Source: Lachnospiraceae bacterium (lineage in GTDB: Bacteria; Bacillota; Clostridia; Lachnospirales; Lachnospiraceae). From it: DNA of 59,931 nt. The stretch covers positions 1 to 59,931 of the forward strand of contig JAZLIL010000081.1 in assembly GCA_045617405.1 (NCBI GenBank), given 5' to 3'. Below the pieces are notes generated by a model. That model was not told where the DNA came from, searched no databases, and saw only the letters and a program-made list of their open reading frames with translations. Made by a program: the position numbers and the translations under genes. Positions 39,226-48,692 of this stretch are shown piece by piece (position 1 is the stretch's first letter; every line of letters begins with the position of its first letter).

Positions 39226-40254
39226 TTACTCCGCCAGACCTTCAACAATTCCGAGAATGGCGATACCAACGATGACTACCGTTACGGCAAGGTACTGAAG
39301 CTTTGTCAGTTTCTCCTTGAGGAAGATTCTCGAGAGAATTAGGGAGATGATGCTGTAGGAGGCAATCATGGGAGCAGCCACGATACCGTTGCCGCTCATT
39401 GCGTAGACATATGTTGCCTGGCCTGCTGTTTCAAAAAGAGCAGCGAGGATTCTGTCGCGCTGGTCTGCAAGGCGAAGCGGAACGAAAGGAGCTTCGCCGG
39501 TAGTGCCTGAAGAATCGACACAGCCGCCGGCTATGAAATCTGCATGTTTTTTGGCATATGAAGACTGCCTGATGAGCAGGAAGACAAGAATTGCCACAGC
39601 GCAGATGAGGAAAGTCAGCTCGTAGGAAACGTTTGCAACGTCCTCAAAGGTCTCTTTGGTAACATCAAGGAGGGGAGTCGTTTCGAAGTCATCAAGGTAG
39701 TAGGCATCAAAAAAGGTGCCGAGCGCATCGATAATAGCATACAGAATCGGCATAAGAAATGCGATAATGCCGATTCTGTATTTTTTGTCGCTTTCAAGAT
39801 CCTTTTCGGGAAGACATTCACGGGACTTTTTTAGCTCACTGCGTTCGAGGATACCGAGGAAAAAGACGCCGCCGCAGATGAGGATGACTGCAACCCCCGA
39901 GAGAAGGTCCATTGTCTGCCCGAGGAAAACGAGACAGAGAATACAGCAGACTGCACCGGACGAGTTCTGAACGGGAGATGATATCGAAAGCTCGAGATAG
40001 CGCAGACCGAAGTAGCCGACTGTCATCGACAGGATGTACATCAGGGACACGGGCAGGTAGATTAACAGGTTCAGGGGGTTGTATTCCATTCCGGACAGCA
40101 GGATTGTTGCTATGGCATGTCCGCCCATAATAAAGCCGACAATCATGGATGTCTTCAGGTGAGAATATTTGTCCTTTTCATCCGCTCCTCTCTTATAAAA
40201 AAGGTCAGCCGTTCCCCAGGCAAGAGTAGTAATCAGTGCATATATAAACCACAT
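39226..40254 (-). CDS. DMT superfamily (EamA-like) transporter
   Basis: ATG 40254 lies 7 nt after GGAGGA; the longer ORF starts at 40269. Two EamA-like 5-TM halves are separated by a ~50-aa hydrophilic insert. Confidence 0.75.
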   Translation of the reverse strand: MWFIYALITTLAWGTADLFYKRGADEKDKYSHLKTSMIVGFIMGGHAIATILLSGMEYNPLNLLIYLPVSLMYILSMTVGYFGLRYLELSISSPVQNSSGAVCCILCLVFLGQTMDLLSGVAVILICGGVFFLGILERSELKKSRECLPEKDLESDKKYRIGIIAFLMPILYAIIDALGTFFDAYYLDDFETTPLLDVTKETFEDVANVSYELTFLICAVAILVFLLIRQSSYAKKHADFIAGGCVDSSGTTGEAPFVPLRLADQRDRILAALFETAGQATYVYAMSGNGIVAAPMIASYSIISLILSRIFLKEKLTKLQYLAVTVVIVGIAILGIVEGLAE

Positions 40255-40289
40255 GACAGTGTCCTCCATAAAATTATCCGAGTTCGATT

Positions 40290-40442
40290 CTACATTATTT
40301 GTGGAGTCGCAGTCAATGTTAATTTATGGAAGAATTCGTTTCCGCCCGGGGCATACCGCCGCGGCACATAGGGCAAGGGGCCGCCATCTTTTACATTAAT
40401 CCCGTCATAGGCTTCTATGATTGCTTCACGCATAAAATTCAT
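40290..40442 (-). pseudogene. Relic of a CMP/dCMP-type (nucleoside/tRNA) deaminase gene
   Basis: A 50-codon ORF, MNFMREAIIEAYDGINVKDGGP..., matches the deaminase N-terminal helix and has a good SD. In a shifted frame the next codons read ...PCPMCRGGM (the PCxxC zinc motif). This implies a large internal deletion. Confidence 0.4.
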
Positions 40443-40663
40443 GAGAATATCCTCTCTTTATATTGTGAGCATAGCGTCCTATTACACAAAATGCAAATAT
40501 GAGTCTCGAAAAAGTATTGATAGACGGACGCAAATATGATATTCTGTACAAAGAAACGTGAAAGAGATTCTGCGTGCAAGTGTGTTTCATGAATAAAAAG
40601 AAACACGGGGGAGATTTGGCATGCCGAATGGAAACGGAAATTACTAACACGGGAGGTTATTTT

Positions 40664-42133
40664 ATGCGGCAGGCAGGAATTTTGTTACCGGTGTACTCAT
40701 TACCTTCGAAGTACGGCTGTGGGACACTTGGAAAGGAAGCCTACAGGTTTATTGACTGGCTGAAGGCGGCAGGGCAGAGCGTCTGGCAGATTCTTCCCGT
40801 CGGACCTGCAAACTGTGGCGATTCGCCTTATCAGTGTTCAAGTTCTTTCGCAGGAAATCCTTATTTTGTCGATCTTGATATGCTTGCGGAGGAAGGTCTT
40901 CTTTCCGAGTCCGACTATGCGAAGATTGACTTTGGAAAAGATCCTGAATTTATGGATTATGAAAAACTGAAAAAGAACAGATTGAAGGTTCTTGGTATTG
41001 CTTTTGAAAACGGGCGCAGCGACGGAGCGTTTTCGGAGTTCTGTTCGGGCAATGCATGGTGGATTGATGATTACGCACTTTATATGGCAATAAAAGAGCA
41101 TTTTGATGAGAAATACTGGCTTGAGTGGCCCGATGAGGCACTTAAGAGCCATGATTATGAGGCATGCGCAAAAATGCGGGAGCTTCTTGCGGATCGTGTT
41201 GCCTTTCACTCGTTTGTCCAGTTTGAGTTTTTTAAGCAGTGGGAGAAGATGAAAGCCTACGCGAACGGGCAGGGAATCAGCATCGTCGGCGATATACCGA
41301 TTTATGTGCCGATGGACTGCGCCGATGTCTGGGCATCGAGAGGAAACTTCCTTCTGAGCAGTGACAACATACCCGTGGAGGTGGCCGGAGTTCCGCCTGA
41401 TTACTTCAATGAGGATGGTCAGCTCTGGGGTAATCCGCTTTACAACTGGGATGCGATGAGAAACGACGGCTACGGTTGGTGGATTCGCAGAATCGGTGGA
41501 ACGCTGAAGCTCTGTGATGTAATCAGAATCGACCATTTCAGAGGCTTCGATGAGTACTGGGCAGTGCCCTACGGAGCAAAGAGCGCAAAGGAAGGTTTCT
41601 GGAAGAAGGGCCCCGGAATGGAATTCGTCGGTGTCATTACCTCGTGGTTCGGCGGGGAGCATTTTATTGCTGAGGATCTTGGGTGTGCATCTGAGTCGGT
41701 TATCCGTCTTCTTGCAGATTCGCATCTTCCCGGAATGAAGGTCATGGAATTTGCCTTTAATGCTGCCGAGCCGAGCTCGTATATCCCGCACATGGTAAAG
41801 GAAAATTGCATTTACTACGTCGGAACGCACGACAATACAACAATAATGGGCTGGAAAGATGAAGAACAGGCAGAAAATGTTGATCTTGCCGTCAGGTATC
41901 TTAACCTGACAGAAGAGGAGGGCTTCAATTGGGGCTTTATCCGTGGCGGAATGACCACTCCGGCAAAGCTGTTTGTTGCACAGATGCAGGATTACCTGGG
42001 TCTTGACGCTCATGCAAGGACAAATGTCCCCGGCACAGTCGGAACCAACTGGCGCTGGCGGCTTACCGAAGGGCAGCTCACCCGCGAGCTTGCATCAAAA
42101 ATTAATGATATTACAAAGCTTTACGGGAGATAG
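40664..42133 (+). CDS. malQ: 4-alpha-glucanotransferase (amylomaltase, GH77)
   Basis: ATG 40664 follows GGGAGG. MRQAGILLPVYSLPS.YG.G.LG..A..F.D.L...GQ..WQILP..P......SPY.. is a canonical GH77 start. ...RIDHFRGF... is the catalytic region. Confidence 0.9.
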   Translation: MRQAGILLPVYSLPSKYGCGTLGKEAYRFIDWLKAAGQSVWQILPVGPANCGDSPYQCSSSFAGNPYFVDLDMLAEEGLLSESDYAKIDFGKDPEFMDYEKLKKNRLKVLGIAFENGRSDGAFSEFCSGNAWWIDDYALYMAIKEHFDEKYWLEWPDEALKSHDYEACAKMRELLADRVAFHSFVQFEFFKQWEKMKAYANGQGISIVGDIPIYVPMDCADVWASRGNFLLSSDNIPVEVAGVPPDYFNEDGQLWGNPLYNWDAMRNDGYGWWIRRIGGTLKLCDVIRIDHFRGFDEYWAVPYGAKSAKEGFWKKGPGMEFVGVITSWFGGEHFIAEDLGCASESVIRLLADSHLPGMKVMEFAFNAAEPSSYIPHMVKENCIYYVGTHDNTTIMGWKDEEQAENVDLAVRYLNLTEEEGFNWGFIRGGMTTPAKLFVAQMQDYLGLDAHARTNVPGTVGTNWRWRLTEGQLTRELASKINDITKLYGR

Positions 42134-42218
42134 GGTAGAAGCCCTCAGAAAAGTTCAAGATGAGCTCCGGGTGCGGCCGGCGTAAATCTCACGGGCAAAA
42201 GCAGGGAGCTGTCCGGCA

Positions 42219-43112
42219 TCAGTTTTCATAAAACTGTTCAATAAGCTGCTTTGCTTCTTTGAAGGGCTGAGCCTGCATGTCGATCCAGTGGATGTCTGTG
42301 CGCTTCCTGAACCAGGTCATCTGTTCCTTCGCAAGATGCCTTATCTCCATGAAGAGCTTGTCGTAGAAGGCATCAAAGGACTTGAATTCGCCGCGCAGGT
42401 ACATAAGAATGTAGCGGTATTCGAGACCAAGTTTATATAGAAATTCATCAGTGGCACCTTCTTCACGGAGGTGCCTTACTTCGTCAATCATTCCTTCCTT
42501 AAGGCGTCTGTCGAGACGTTCATGGATACGGTCGTAGAGGATTTCTCTCGGCCACGTCACGCCGATTACGAGCGTCTCGTAACGTGGAACACTCGGAAGT
42601 TCATCGGAATTTCCGGTCAGAGCTTTTTCGACGGCACGCTCAAGTCTGCGCTTGTTGCAAAGATCAAGCTTTGTAAGTGCGTCGGGTGTCTTCTCGCGGA
42701 TAATCGCAGTGAGCTCTTCAATGGTTTTGCCTTCAACTGTCTTTCGCAATTCGGGGTCGGGTTCACCTTTTCGAAGGTTGTAGCCGTCGGCAACAGAATT
42801 GACATAAAGTCCTGTGCCGCCGACAAGGAAAGCCTTCTTTCCCCGATTCAGAATATCATCGATGGCTGTGTAGGCCATTGACTGAAATTGTGACATTGAA
42901 AAAAAGTCGTTCGGGGCTGCAACATCGAGCAGATGGTGAGGGACGCCCTGCATCTCTTCGGGCGTGATTTTTCCCGAGCCTAAATCGAGTCCGCAAAAGA
43001 CCTGTCTTGAATCTGCCGAAACGATTTCGGCACAAAATTCTTTCGCGAGCTCGATAGAAAGCCCGCTCTTACCTGATGCATTTGTTCCTGTAATGACTGT
43101 CAGTTTTTTCAT
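42219..43112 (-). CDS. miaA: tRNA dimethylallyltransferase
   Basis: Start MKKLTVITGTNASGKSGLSIELA (P-loop). ...IVSADSRQVF..LD.GS.K......VPHHL.D.... The longer track ORF would overlap eda and is rejected. Confidence 0.9.
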   Translation of the reverse strand: MKKLTVITGTNASGKSGLSIELAKEFCAEIVSADSRQVFCGLDLGSGKITPEEMQGVPHHLLDVAAPNDFFSMSQFQSMAYTAIDDILNRGKKAFLVGGTGLYVNSVADGYNLRKGEPDPELRKTVEGKTIEELTAIIREKTPDALTKLDLCNKRRLERAVEKALTGNSDELPSVPRYETLVIGVTWPREILYDRIHERLDRRLKEGMIDEVRHLREEGATDEFLYKLGLEYRYILMYLRGEFKSFDAFYDKLFMEIRHLAKEQMTWFRKRTDIHWIDMQAQPFKEAKQLIEQFYEN

Positions 43113-43263
43113 ATTTCTCTTTCTGCTGCCGGTTGATGGATTGTCTGCCGTTCCGGGAACGATCAACGGATTGTTTGCTTTTTTTGACAGGTCGGAGGAC
43201 TGCTTGCTTTTTCGATACCGGTCAACGACTGTTTGCATTTTAGAGCCGATTGGCTGCTCTGAA

Positions 43264-44223
43264 TTATTTTCTTCCGAGATGGACAGCGAAGCCTCCGATA
43301 CGGTCCTTAAGGTAGATAACATTCAGCCTGCCCTTTGCATCGAAAGAAGCACTGTCTTCCTCGAATTCGATGCCCTGCTTTGCAAGGTGGTACTTTGCTC
43401 TCTCGGGATAGTTGGTTGAGATGCAGATGTGACCGTTGTCGCCTCTGCCGCCCTTCTTCATTACCTCGATGAGGCTTCCAGCGAAGATGGAAGAATTGCC
43501 GACTTTCTTTGTGAATCCGAAGAGGTTATCAAAGAAGTCCGCAACATTGTCAGCATCGGAATCATTATCGCAGTTGATGCCTACGTGCTTAAGGTCAAAG
43601 CCTAGCATTGTGTTGACTGCTTCCTTTGTAAGTCTTTCGATTTCATCAAATCTTCCTGCGGAAACGAGGTCCTTCTTTACCATCCAGCTTCCGCCGCACG
43701 CAAATACCTTGTCAAAATCAAGATAGTCCTTGAGATTGTCGGCGTTGATTCCGCCTGTCGGCATGAACCTGATGTTTCCGTAGGGAGCGCTCATGGCTTT
43801 GATCATCCTGATGCCGCCCGCTGCCTCGGCAGGGAAGAATTTAACCGTGTCAAGACCGAGTGAAAGAGCTGTCTCAATATCTGAAGGATTTGCCGTTCCG
43901 GGAACGATCGGAATGTTCTTTCCAATACAATAGGAAACAACAGTCGGATTGAGTCCCGGACTCACTATAAATTTTGCACCCGCAGCTACTGCTCTGTCAA
44001 CCTGTTCTGTGGTAAGAACAGTTCCTGCACCTACAAGCATTTCGGGAAACTCTGCCGTAATGTTCTTAATTGCCTGCTCAGCTGCCGCTGTTCTGAAAGT
44101 GACCTCTGCGCAGTTGATTCCTCCGTTTATGAGAGCCTTGGCGAGAGAAACCGCATCCCTTGCATCGTCAAGTGCGATAACCGGTACTATGCCGATGAGA
44201 CTTAATTCTTCAATGATTGTCAT
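43264..44223 (-). CDS. eda: 2-dehydro-3-deoxyphosphogluconate (KDPG) aldolase with a C-terminal glyoxalase/VOC-like extension
   Basis: Residues 1-205 are Eda (...VPVI......A..LA.AL..GG....EVTFRT.AA..AI..., ...GAGTVL..., ...KFFPAE..GG...). Another ~110 aa follow (...LKHVGINCD...HICISTNY...) with a VOC-like pattern. Confidence 0.85.
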   Translation of the reverse strand: MTIIEELSLIGIVPVIALDDARDAVSLAKALINGGINCAEVTFRTAAAEQAIKNITAEFPEMLVGAGTVLTTEQVDRAVAAGAKFIVSPGLNPTVVSYCIGKNIPIVPGTANPSDIETALSLGLDTVKFFPAEAAGGIRMIKAMSAPYGNIRFMPTGGINADNLKDYLDFDKVFACGGSWMVKKDLVSAGRFDEIERLTKEAVNTMLGFDLKHVGINCDNDSDADNVADFFDNLFGFTKKVGNSSIFAGSLIEVMKKGGRGDNGHICISTNYPERAKYHLAKQGIEFEEDSASFDAKGRLNVIYLKDRIGGFAVHLGRK

Positions 44224-44270
44224 ATCTGTTTTCCTCCTTTGGTGATTTATGAGGTGCTGTAGTTGTCAAC

Positions 44271-44280
44271 TAACATGTTA
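44271..44280. promoter_or_regulatory. Candidate uronate-regulon operator TAACATGTTA (eda promoter side)
   Basis: A perfect 10-bp palindrome just downstream of the minus-strand TTGACA (44314-44309) promoter that reads toward eda. Confidence 0.5.
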
Positions 44281-44454
44281 CCAATATAATAATCAACTTA
44301 CTTCTGTAATGTCAATAGAGTGCGACAATTTGGCCATTCGAAATATTGCCGAATTAAGAAAGTTTCCGGATGTTTGATGATATTATGATATGTACAGTAA
44401 ATTTTTAAACATAAAAACCTTTATTTATCTGCTTGCAAAAGAGATGATATGGTG

Positions 44455-44477
44455 CTAACATGTTAGCAACATGTTAG
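44455..44477. promoter_or_regulatory. Two tandem operator copies, CTAACATGTTAG and CAACATGTTAG, overlapping the -10 of the cupin/gntR promoter
   Basis: TTGCAA (44432-44437), 17 nt, TAACAT. The palindromes lie at 44455-44466 and 44467-44477. Confidence 0.5.
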
Positions 44478-44512
44478 TCGACAACTCACATGCACAATAA
44501 TCGGAGCAGGTT

Positions 44513-44842
44513 ATGTTTGTAAAGAATTCTGATAAAGAGTACAAGGATCTTGGCGGAGGAACCGTGCGAAAGGTGCTTGCCTATTCAGACAACCTCATGA
44601 ATGTTGAGCTTTTGTTTGAAAAGGGAGCGTCAGGAGCGATGCATTCGCATCCCCACGAGCAGATTGGGTATGTTATTTCCGGTTCGCTCGTCTTCCACGA
44701 AGAGGGCAGAGAGGATGTTACTCTAACTGCCGGCGACAGCTACCATGTCGCACCGAATGTCTCTCATGGAATTGACTGCCTGACGGAGGTTAAGCTTCTG
44801 GACATCTTTACGCCGATGCGGCAGGATTTTGTCGGAAGGTAG
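44513..44842 (+). CDS. Cupin domain protein
   Basis: 109 aa. The HSHPHEQ..YV..G pattern (G.HxH...E.....G) matches cupin motif 1, and ...H.. at ...PNVSHG... matches motif 2. Confidence 0.75.
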   Translation: MFVKNSDKEYKDLGGGTVRKVLAYSDNLMNVELLFEKGASGAMHSHPHEQIGYVISGSLVFHEEGREDVTLTAGDSYHVAPNVSHGIDCLTEVKLLDIFTPMRQDFVGR

Positions 44843-44924
44843 TTATCAAAAAAATGTTTTGCGGTCTGACCGGAGAAATCGGATTTCAGGCGGTTGACGT
44901 TTGACAATCAGGCAGGAGAAGCAC

Positions 44925-45602
44925 ATGACGGGTTCACTTAATCAGATAACTTACAACGAATTCAAAAAGGATATCATGACCCTGGCTTTAAGACCGGGAG
45001 AGCAGGTTTCTGCAATGAAGGTTGCGGAACGTTACAACGTCAGTCGTACGCCCGCAAGAGAAGCTCTTGTAAAGCTTGAGGCAGAGGGACTTATCGACAT
45101 CCATCCCCAGTCAAAGTCTGTTATCTCAAAGATTGATGTCAAGCGTGCAAAACAGGAGTGGTTCATCAGAAAGACTCTGGAGCTTGGTATGGTTGATGCC
45201 CTTTTTGACCGCGTGATGCCTGATGACATTACAAAAATGCGATTCATCAGCAACAAGATGAAGGACATCGCAAAGTCTACAGACGCCCGTGAACGTGCAT
45301 ATGAGTACCTGCAGTGTGACCTCGATTTCCATAGCATGACGTATATTGCAGCAGACCAGGAGCTTGCAGCCGATGTTATCGGAACGACGATGGCTCATTA
45401 CAACAGAATCAGAATTCTTGCTGATCTTGAGAGCTTCAATAAGGAGAGAACCGTAAATACTCATGAGCAGATGCTCAGGTATTTGGAAACTGGTGAAAAA
45501 GAAAGCTATCGCACACTGCTGGCCCGGCATCTTGGGTACATTACTCAGGATATTGTCAATCTGCAGATGAAGGACCCCACATTGTTTAAGGATTGGGAAT
45601 AG
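44925..45602 (+). CDS. GntR family transcriptional regulator (FadR/FCD subfamily), the likely uronate regulon repressor
   Basis: ATG 44925 follows GGCAGGAG. The N-terminal wHTH (...L.PGE.VS.MKVAERYNVSRTPAREAL..LE.EGL...) is followed by a helical C-terminal FCD-like domain. Confidence 0.85.
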   Translation: MTGSLNQITYNEFKKDIMTLALRPGEQVSAMKVAERYNVSRTPAREALVKLEAEGLIDIHPQSKSVISKIDVKRAKQEWFIRKTLELGMVDALFDRVMPDDITKMRFISNKMKDIAKSTDARERAYEYLQCDLDFHSMTYIAADQELAADVIGTTMAHYNRIRILADLESFNKERTVNTHEQMLRYLETGEKESYRTLLARHLGYITQDIVNLQMKDPTLFKDWE

Positions 45603-45662
45603 TCCCTCCTACGAATTGTCTTAGCTTGAGGCTAAGGGTTGGGAGTTAGTCCTGCAGACGAA
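45591..45662 (+). repeat. Diverged tandem duplication (~46-nt period) of the gntR 3' end
   Basis: GATTGGGAATAGTCCCTCCTACGAA (45591-45615, contains the stop) against GGTTGGGAGTTAGTCCTGCAGACGAA (45637-45662). A hairpin CTTAGC-TTGAG-GCTAAG lies between them. A third echo, GGGAATAGATTGGGAGG, at 45711-45727 forms the uxuA SD. Confidence 0.55.
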
Positions 45663-45734
45663 AAATCCCGCTTTTTTCGAGACCGTCATGGTTGAAATCT
45701 ATCCGGAGAGCGGGAATAGATTGGGAGGATTAAC

Positions 45735-46802
45735 ATGGAAATGACATTGCGGTGGTACGGACCCGGCTACGACAGCGTAACTCTCGAGCAGATCCGTCAG
45801 ATCCCCGGCGTCAAAGGCGTTATTACCACGCTTTACGGCACAAAGCCCGGAGAAGCGTGGGAACTTGAAGACATCCGCAGTCTTAAGAAAACTGTCGAAG
45901 AGGCAGGACTTTATATTGCGGGAATCGAATCTGTAAATGTATCTGATGCGATCAAAACAGCTTCCCCTGAACGTGACGAGCATATCGATAATTACATAAA
46001 GACACTGGACAGACTCGGAAGTGAAGGCATCCGTATGGTCTGCTATAACTTCATGCCGGTTTTCGACTGGACCAGATCGGAGCTTGCAAGACTTCGCCCC
46101 GACGGCTCAACTGTACTTGCCTACAACCAGGATGTTATTGATAAGCTTGATCCGAGCAGAATGAAGGAATCGGTCGCAAGCATGTCCAACGGTTTCATCA
46201 TGCCGGGTTGGGAGCCTGACAGACTTGACAGTCTGAAAGAGCTTTTTGACAAGTATGCCGGCATCGACGCAGACACCCTTTTTGCCAATCTTGTCTATTT
46301 CCTTGAGGCTATCGGCCCCGTGTGCGAAAAGTACGACATCCGCATGGGAATTCACCCCGATGATCCGGCATGGCCGATTTTCGGGCTTCCGAGAATTATT
46401 ACCGGAAAAGAGACAATCGAAAAGCTTTTAAGGACAGTTGATAAGCCCTATAACGGAATCACGTTCTGTACAGGTTCACTCGGATCCGATCAGCATGCTG
46501 ATCTCACAGGCATAATCAGGGCAGCCAAGGGAAGAATCCCGTTTGCACATGTTCGTAACCTTAAGTATAATACACCCCGTGACTTTGAAGAGGCAGCTCA
46601 TCTCTCAGCAGACGGTTCGCTTGATCTTTTTGAAATTATGAAGGCACTTCACGATGCCGGCTTTAATGGCGTAATCAGACCTGATCACGGAAGAATGATC
46701 TGGGGCGAGAAGGCAATGCCCGGTTACGGTCTTTTTGACAGGGCACTTGGAGCGACATATCTTCAGGGGCTTTGGGAAGCAATTGATAAGCAGAACAGAT
46801 AG
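45735..46802 (+). CDS. uxuA: Mannonate dehydratase
   Basis: The start MEMTLRWYGP.D.V.L..I.QIPGV.G....L is highly characteristic of UxuA. 355 aa. Confidence 0.9.
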   Translation: MEMTLRWYGPGYDSVTLEQIRQIPGVKGVITTLYGTKPGEAWELEDIRSLKKTVEEAGLYIAGIESVNVSDAIKTASPERDEHIDNYIKTLDRLGSEGIRMVCYNFMPVFDWTRSELARLRPDGSTVLAYNQDVIDKLDPSRMKESVASMSNGFIMPGWEPDRLDSLKELFDKYAGIDADTLFANLVYFLEAIGPVCEKYDIRMGIHPDDPAWPIFGLPRIITGKETIEKLLRTVDKPYNGITFCTGSLGSDQHADLTGIIRAAKGRIPFAHVRNLKYNTPRDFEEAAHLSADGSLDLFEIMKALHDAGFNGVIRPDHGRMIWGEKAMPGYGLFDRALGATYLQGLWEAIDKQNR

Positions 46803-46813
46803 GAGGCGAGGTA

Positions 46814-48418
46814 ATGAAGCTGAACATAGCATCGCTTTCAGATAGCGTTTTTTGGAAAAAGGCAGGCGTAAGCATCCCGAATTACGATCCTGCAGCAATA
46901 GCCGAAAAAACTAAAAAGTCGCCCGTCTGGGTGCATTTCGGGATTGGAAACATCTTCAGGATGTTTATCGGAGGACTCGCAGATACGCTTATAAACAGCG
47001 GAGAAATTGATCGCGGAATTATCTGCGTAGAGACTTTTGATTACGAAGTCGTTGACAGGATATACAAGCCGTTTGACAATCTGTCACTTAACGTGACGCT
47101 TAAGTCGGACGGAACAACAGAGAAGAAGGTTATCGGCTCTCTTTCGGAGGCTGTTTCGGCAGGAAACGGTGATGAATGTTCTAAGAAAAGACTGACCGAA
47201 ATCTTTACCGATCCGGGACTTCAGATTGTGTCCTTCACCGTAACAGAGAAGGGATACACGATGAAGGGAACGGACGGACAGTATCTCCCCGCTATAAAGG
47301 CAGATATTGTTGCAGGTCCGGATAATGCGAGAGGTGCAATCGCTATAGTAGCGGCAAAGCTCTTTGAACGCTATAAGGCCGGAAAGTATCCGATTGCACT
47401 CGTCTCTATGGATAACTGCTCGCATAACGGTGAAAAGCTTAAAAATGCAGTTATCAGCATAGCAAGCGAGTGGCAGAAGAGAGGCTTTGTCGGAGTGGAT
47501 TTTGTGGCTTATCTGACAAATGAGAGCAGGGTGGCATTCCCCTGGACAATGATTGATAAGATTACACCGAGACCGAGCACGCAGATTGCCGATGACCTGG
47601 AGAAGCTCGGAATCGATGACATGCAGCCTGTCGTTACTGAAAAGAAGACCTTTATAGCCCCCTTTGTAAATGCGGAAGGTCCTCAGTACCTTGTTGTAGA
47701 AAACACCTTCCCGAACGGAAGGCCTCCGCTTCAGAAAGCCGGTGTTTATTTTACGGACAGGGATACGGTGAACAGCGTTGAGAGGATGAAGGTCACTACC
47801 TGTCTCAATCCGCTTCACACAGCTCTTGCAGTTTACGGCTGTGTTCTCGGATATACGTCAATCGCTGCCGAAATGAAGGATGAGGATCTTAAGAAGCTCG
47901 TTTATGGAATAGGACTTGATGAGGGTATGAAGGTTGTTTGTGATCCTATTATCATTAATCCGAAGCAGTTCATTGAGGAAGTGCTGACGGAAAGATTTCC
48001 CAATGCGTTTATTCCCGATACGCCTCAGCGTATTGCAGTAGATACTTCACAGAAGGTTGCCGTTCGCTACGGCGAGACAATCAAGTCTTACATTTCAAAG
48101 AAAGGGTCGGCCGGTGAGCTTCGCTACATTCCGGCAGCTATTGCAGGCTGGCTCAGATACCTGATGGGAATCAACGATGCGGGAGAACCCTTCGAACTTT
48201 CTACGGATCCGCTGCTTGAAGAGCTTACCGGTATTATGTCAAAGGCAGAGCTTGGAAAGACTGAAGGCGTATCCGAGATTGTCAGACCGATTCTTTCAAA
48301 CGCGAATATTTTCGGTATCAATCTGTACGATGCGGGTCTTGGCGAAAAGATTGAAGAGTTATTCAAGAAGGAAATTGCCGGTCCCGGTGCTGTCAGGGAA
48401 ACTCTTAACGAGTTATAG
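46814..48418 (+). CDS. uxuB: Mannitol dehydrogenase family fructuronate reductase (D-mannonate oxidoreductase)
   Basis: ...VWVHFGIGNIFR.F......L N-terminal Rossmann motif of the long-chain mannitol dehydrogenase family. 534 aa, adjacent to uxuA. Confidence 0.8.
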   Translation: MKLNIASLSDSVFWKKAGVSIPNYDPAAIAEKTKKSPVWVHFGIGNIFRMFIGGLADTLINSGEIDRGIICVETFDYEVVDRIYKPFDNLSLNVTLKSDGTTEKKVIGSLSEAVSAGNGDECSKKRLTEIFTDPGLQIVSFTVTEKGYTMKGTDGQYLPAIKADIVAGPDNARGAIAIVAAKLFERYKAGKYPIALVSMDNCSHNGEKLKNAVISIASEWQKRGFVGVDFVAYLTNESRVAFPWTMIDKITPRPSTQIADDLEKLGIDDMQPVVTEKKTFIAPFVNAEGPQYLVVENTFPNGRPPLQKAGVYFTDRDTVNSVERMKVTTCLNPLHTALAVYGCVLGYTSIAAEMKDEDLKKLVYGIGLDEGMKVVCDPIIINPKQFIEEVLTERFPNAFIPDTPQRIAVDTSQKVAVRYGETIKSYISKKGSAGELRYIPAAIAGWLRYLMGINDAGEPFELSTDPLLEELTGIMSKAELGKTEGVSEIVRPILSNANIFGINLYDAGLGEKIEELFKKEIAGPGAVRETLNEL

Positions 48419-48429
48419 GCCTTGCGATT

Positions 48430-48439
48430 TAACATGTTA
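48430..48439. promoter_or_regulatory. Operator copy TAACATGTTA downstream of uxuB
   Basis: A perfect palindrome within TTTAACATGTTAGCAC. Confidence 0.45.
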
Positions 48440-48605
48440 GCACAATGTACAGCTTGCATGTCAGATTGACTAGAGTAAAATGAAAGACAATCGTCATTAT
48501 TCCGACAAAAAAATTCTTGTTTTCTGAAGAAAAACGACAAAATAATGCGTCAAAGCATCAAAAAACATAAAATATTAAACACATCGTATTTTTTTAGCCT
48601 TTACA

Positions 48606-48651
48606 CTAACATGTCAGCATGATATATTAAAATAGTCGACTGACATGTTAG
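48606..48651. promoter_or_regulatory. dctP promoter region with two operator-like palindromes (CTAACATGTCAG, CTGACATGTTAG)
   Basis: Palindromes at 48606-48617 and 48640-48651. They overlap candidate promoter elements (TTACAC, TATATT and CATAAT hexamers); the spacings were not verified. GTCGAC flanks the palindrome here, as it does at 44475-44480. Confidence 0.5.
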
Positions 48652-48692
48652 ACATAATATCTAAATGTCCAAATTAAAAGGGAGGAAAAAAC

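Noticed and set aside
40838-42013. Very long antisense ORFs: 391 aa opposite malQ, plus 2199-3050 opposite atpG, 11169-11870 opposite aroB, 38098-38910 opposite cadA and 47084-47818 opposite uxuB.
   Set aside because: Each lies fully inside a confidently identified gene on the other strand, has no SD or recognisable motif, and has a skewed amino-acid composition (Arg/Ser/Leu/Cys-rich). These are typical shadow ORFs.
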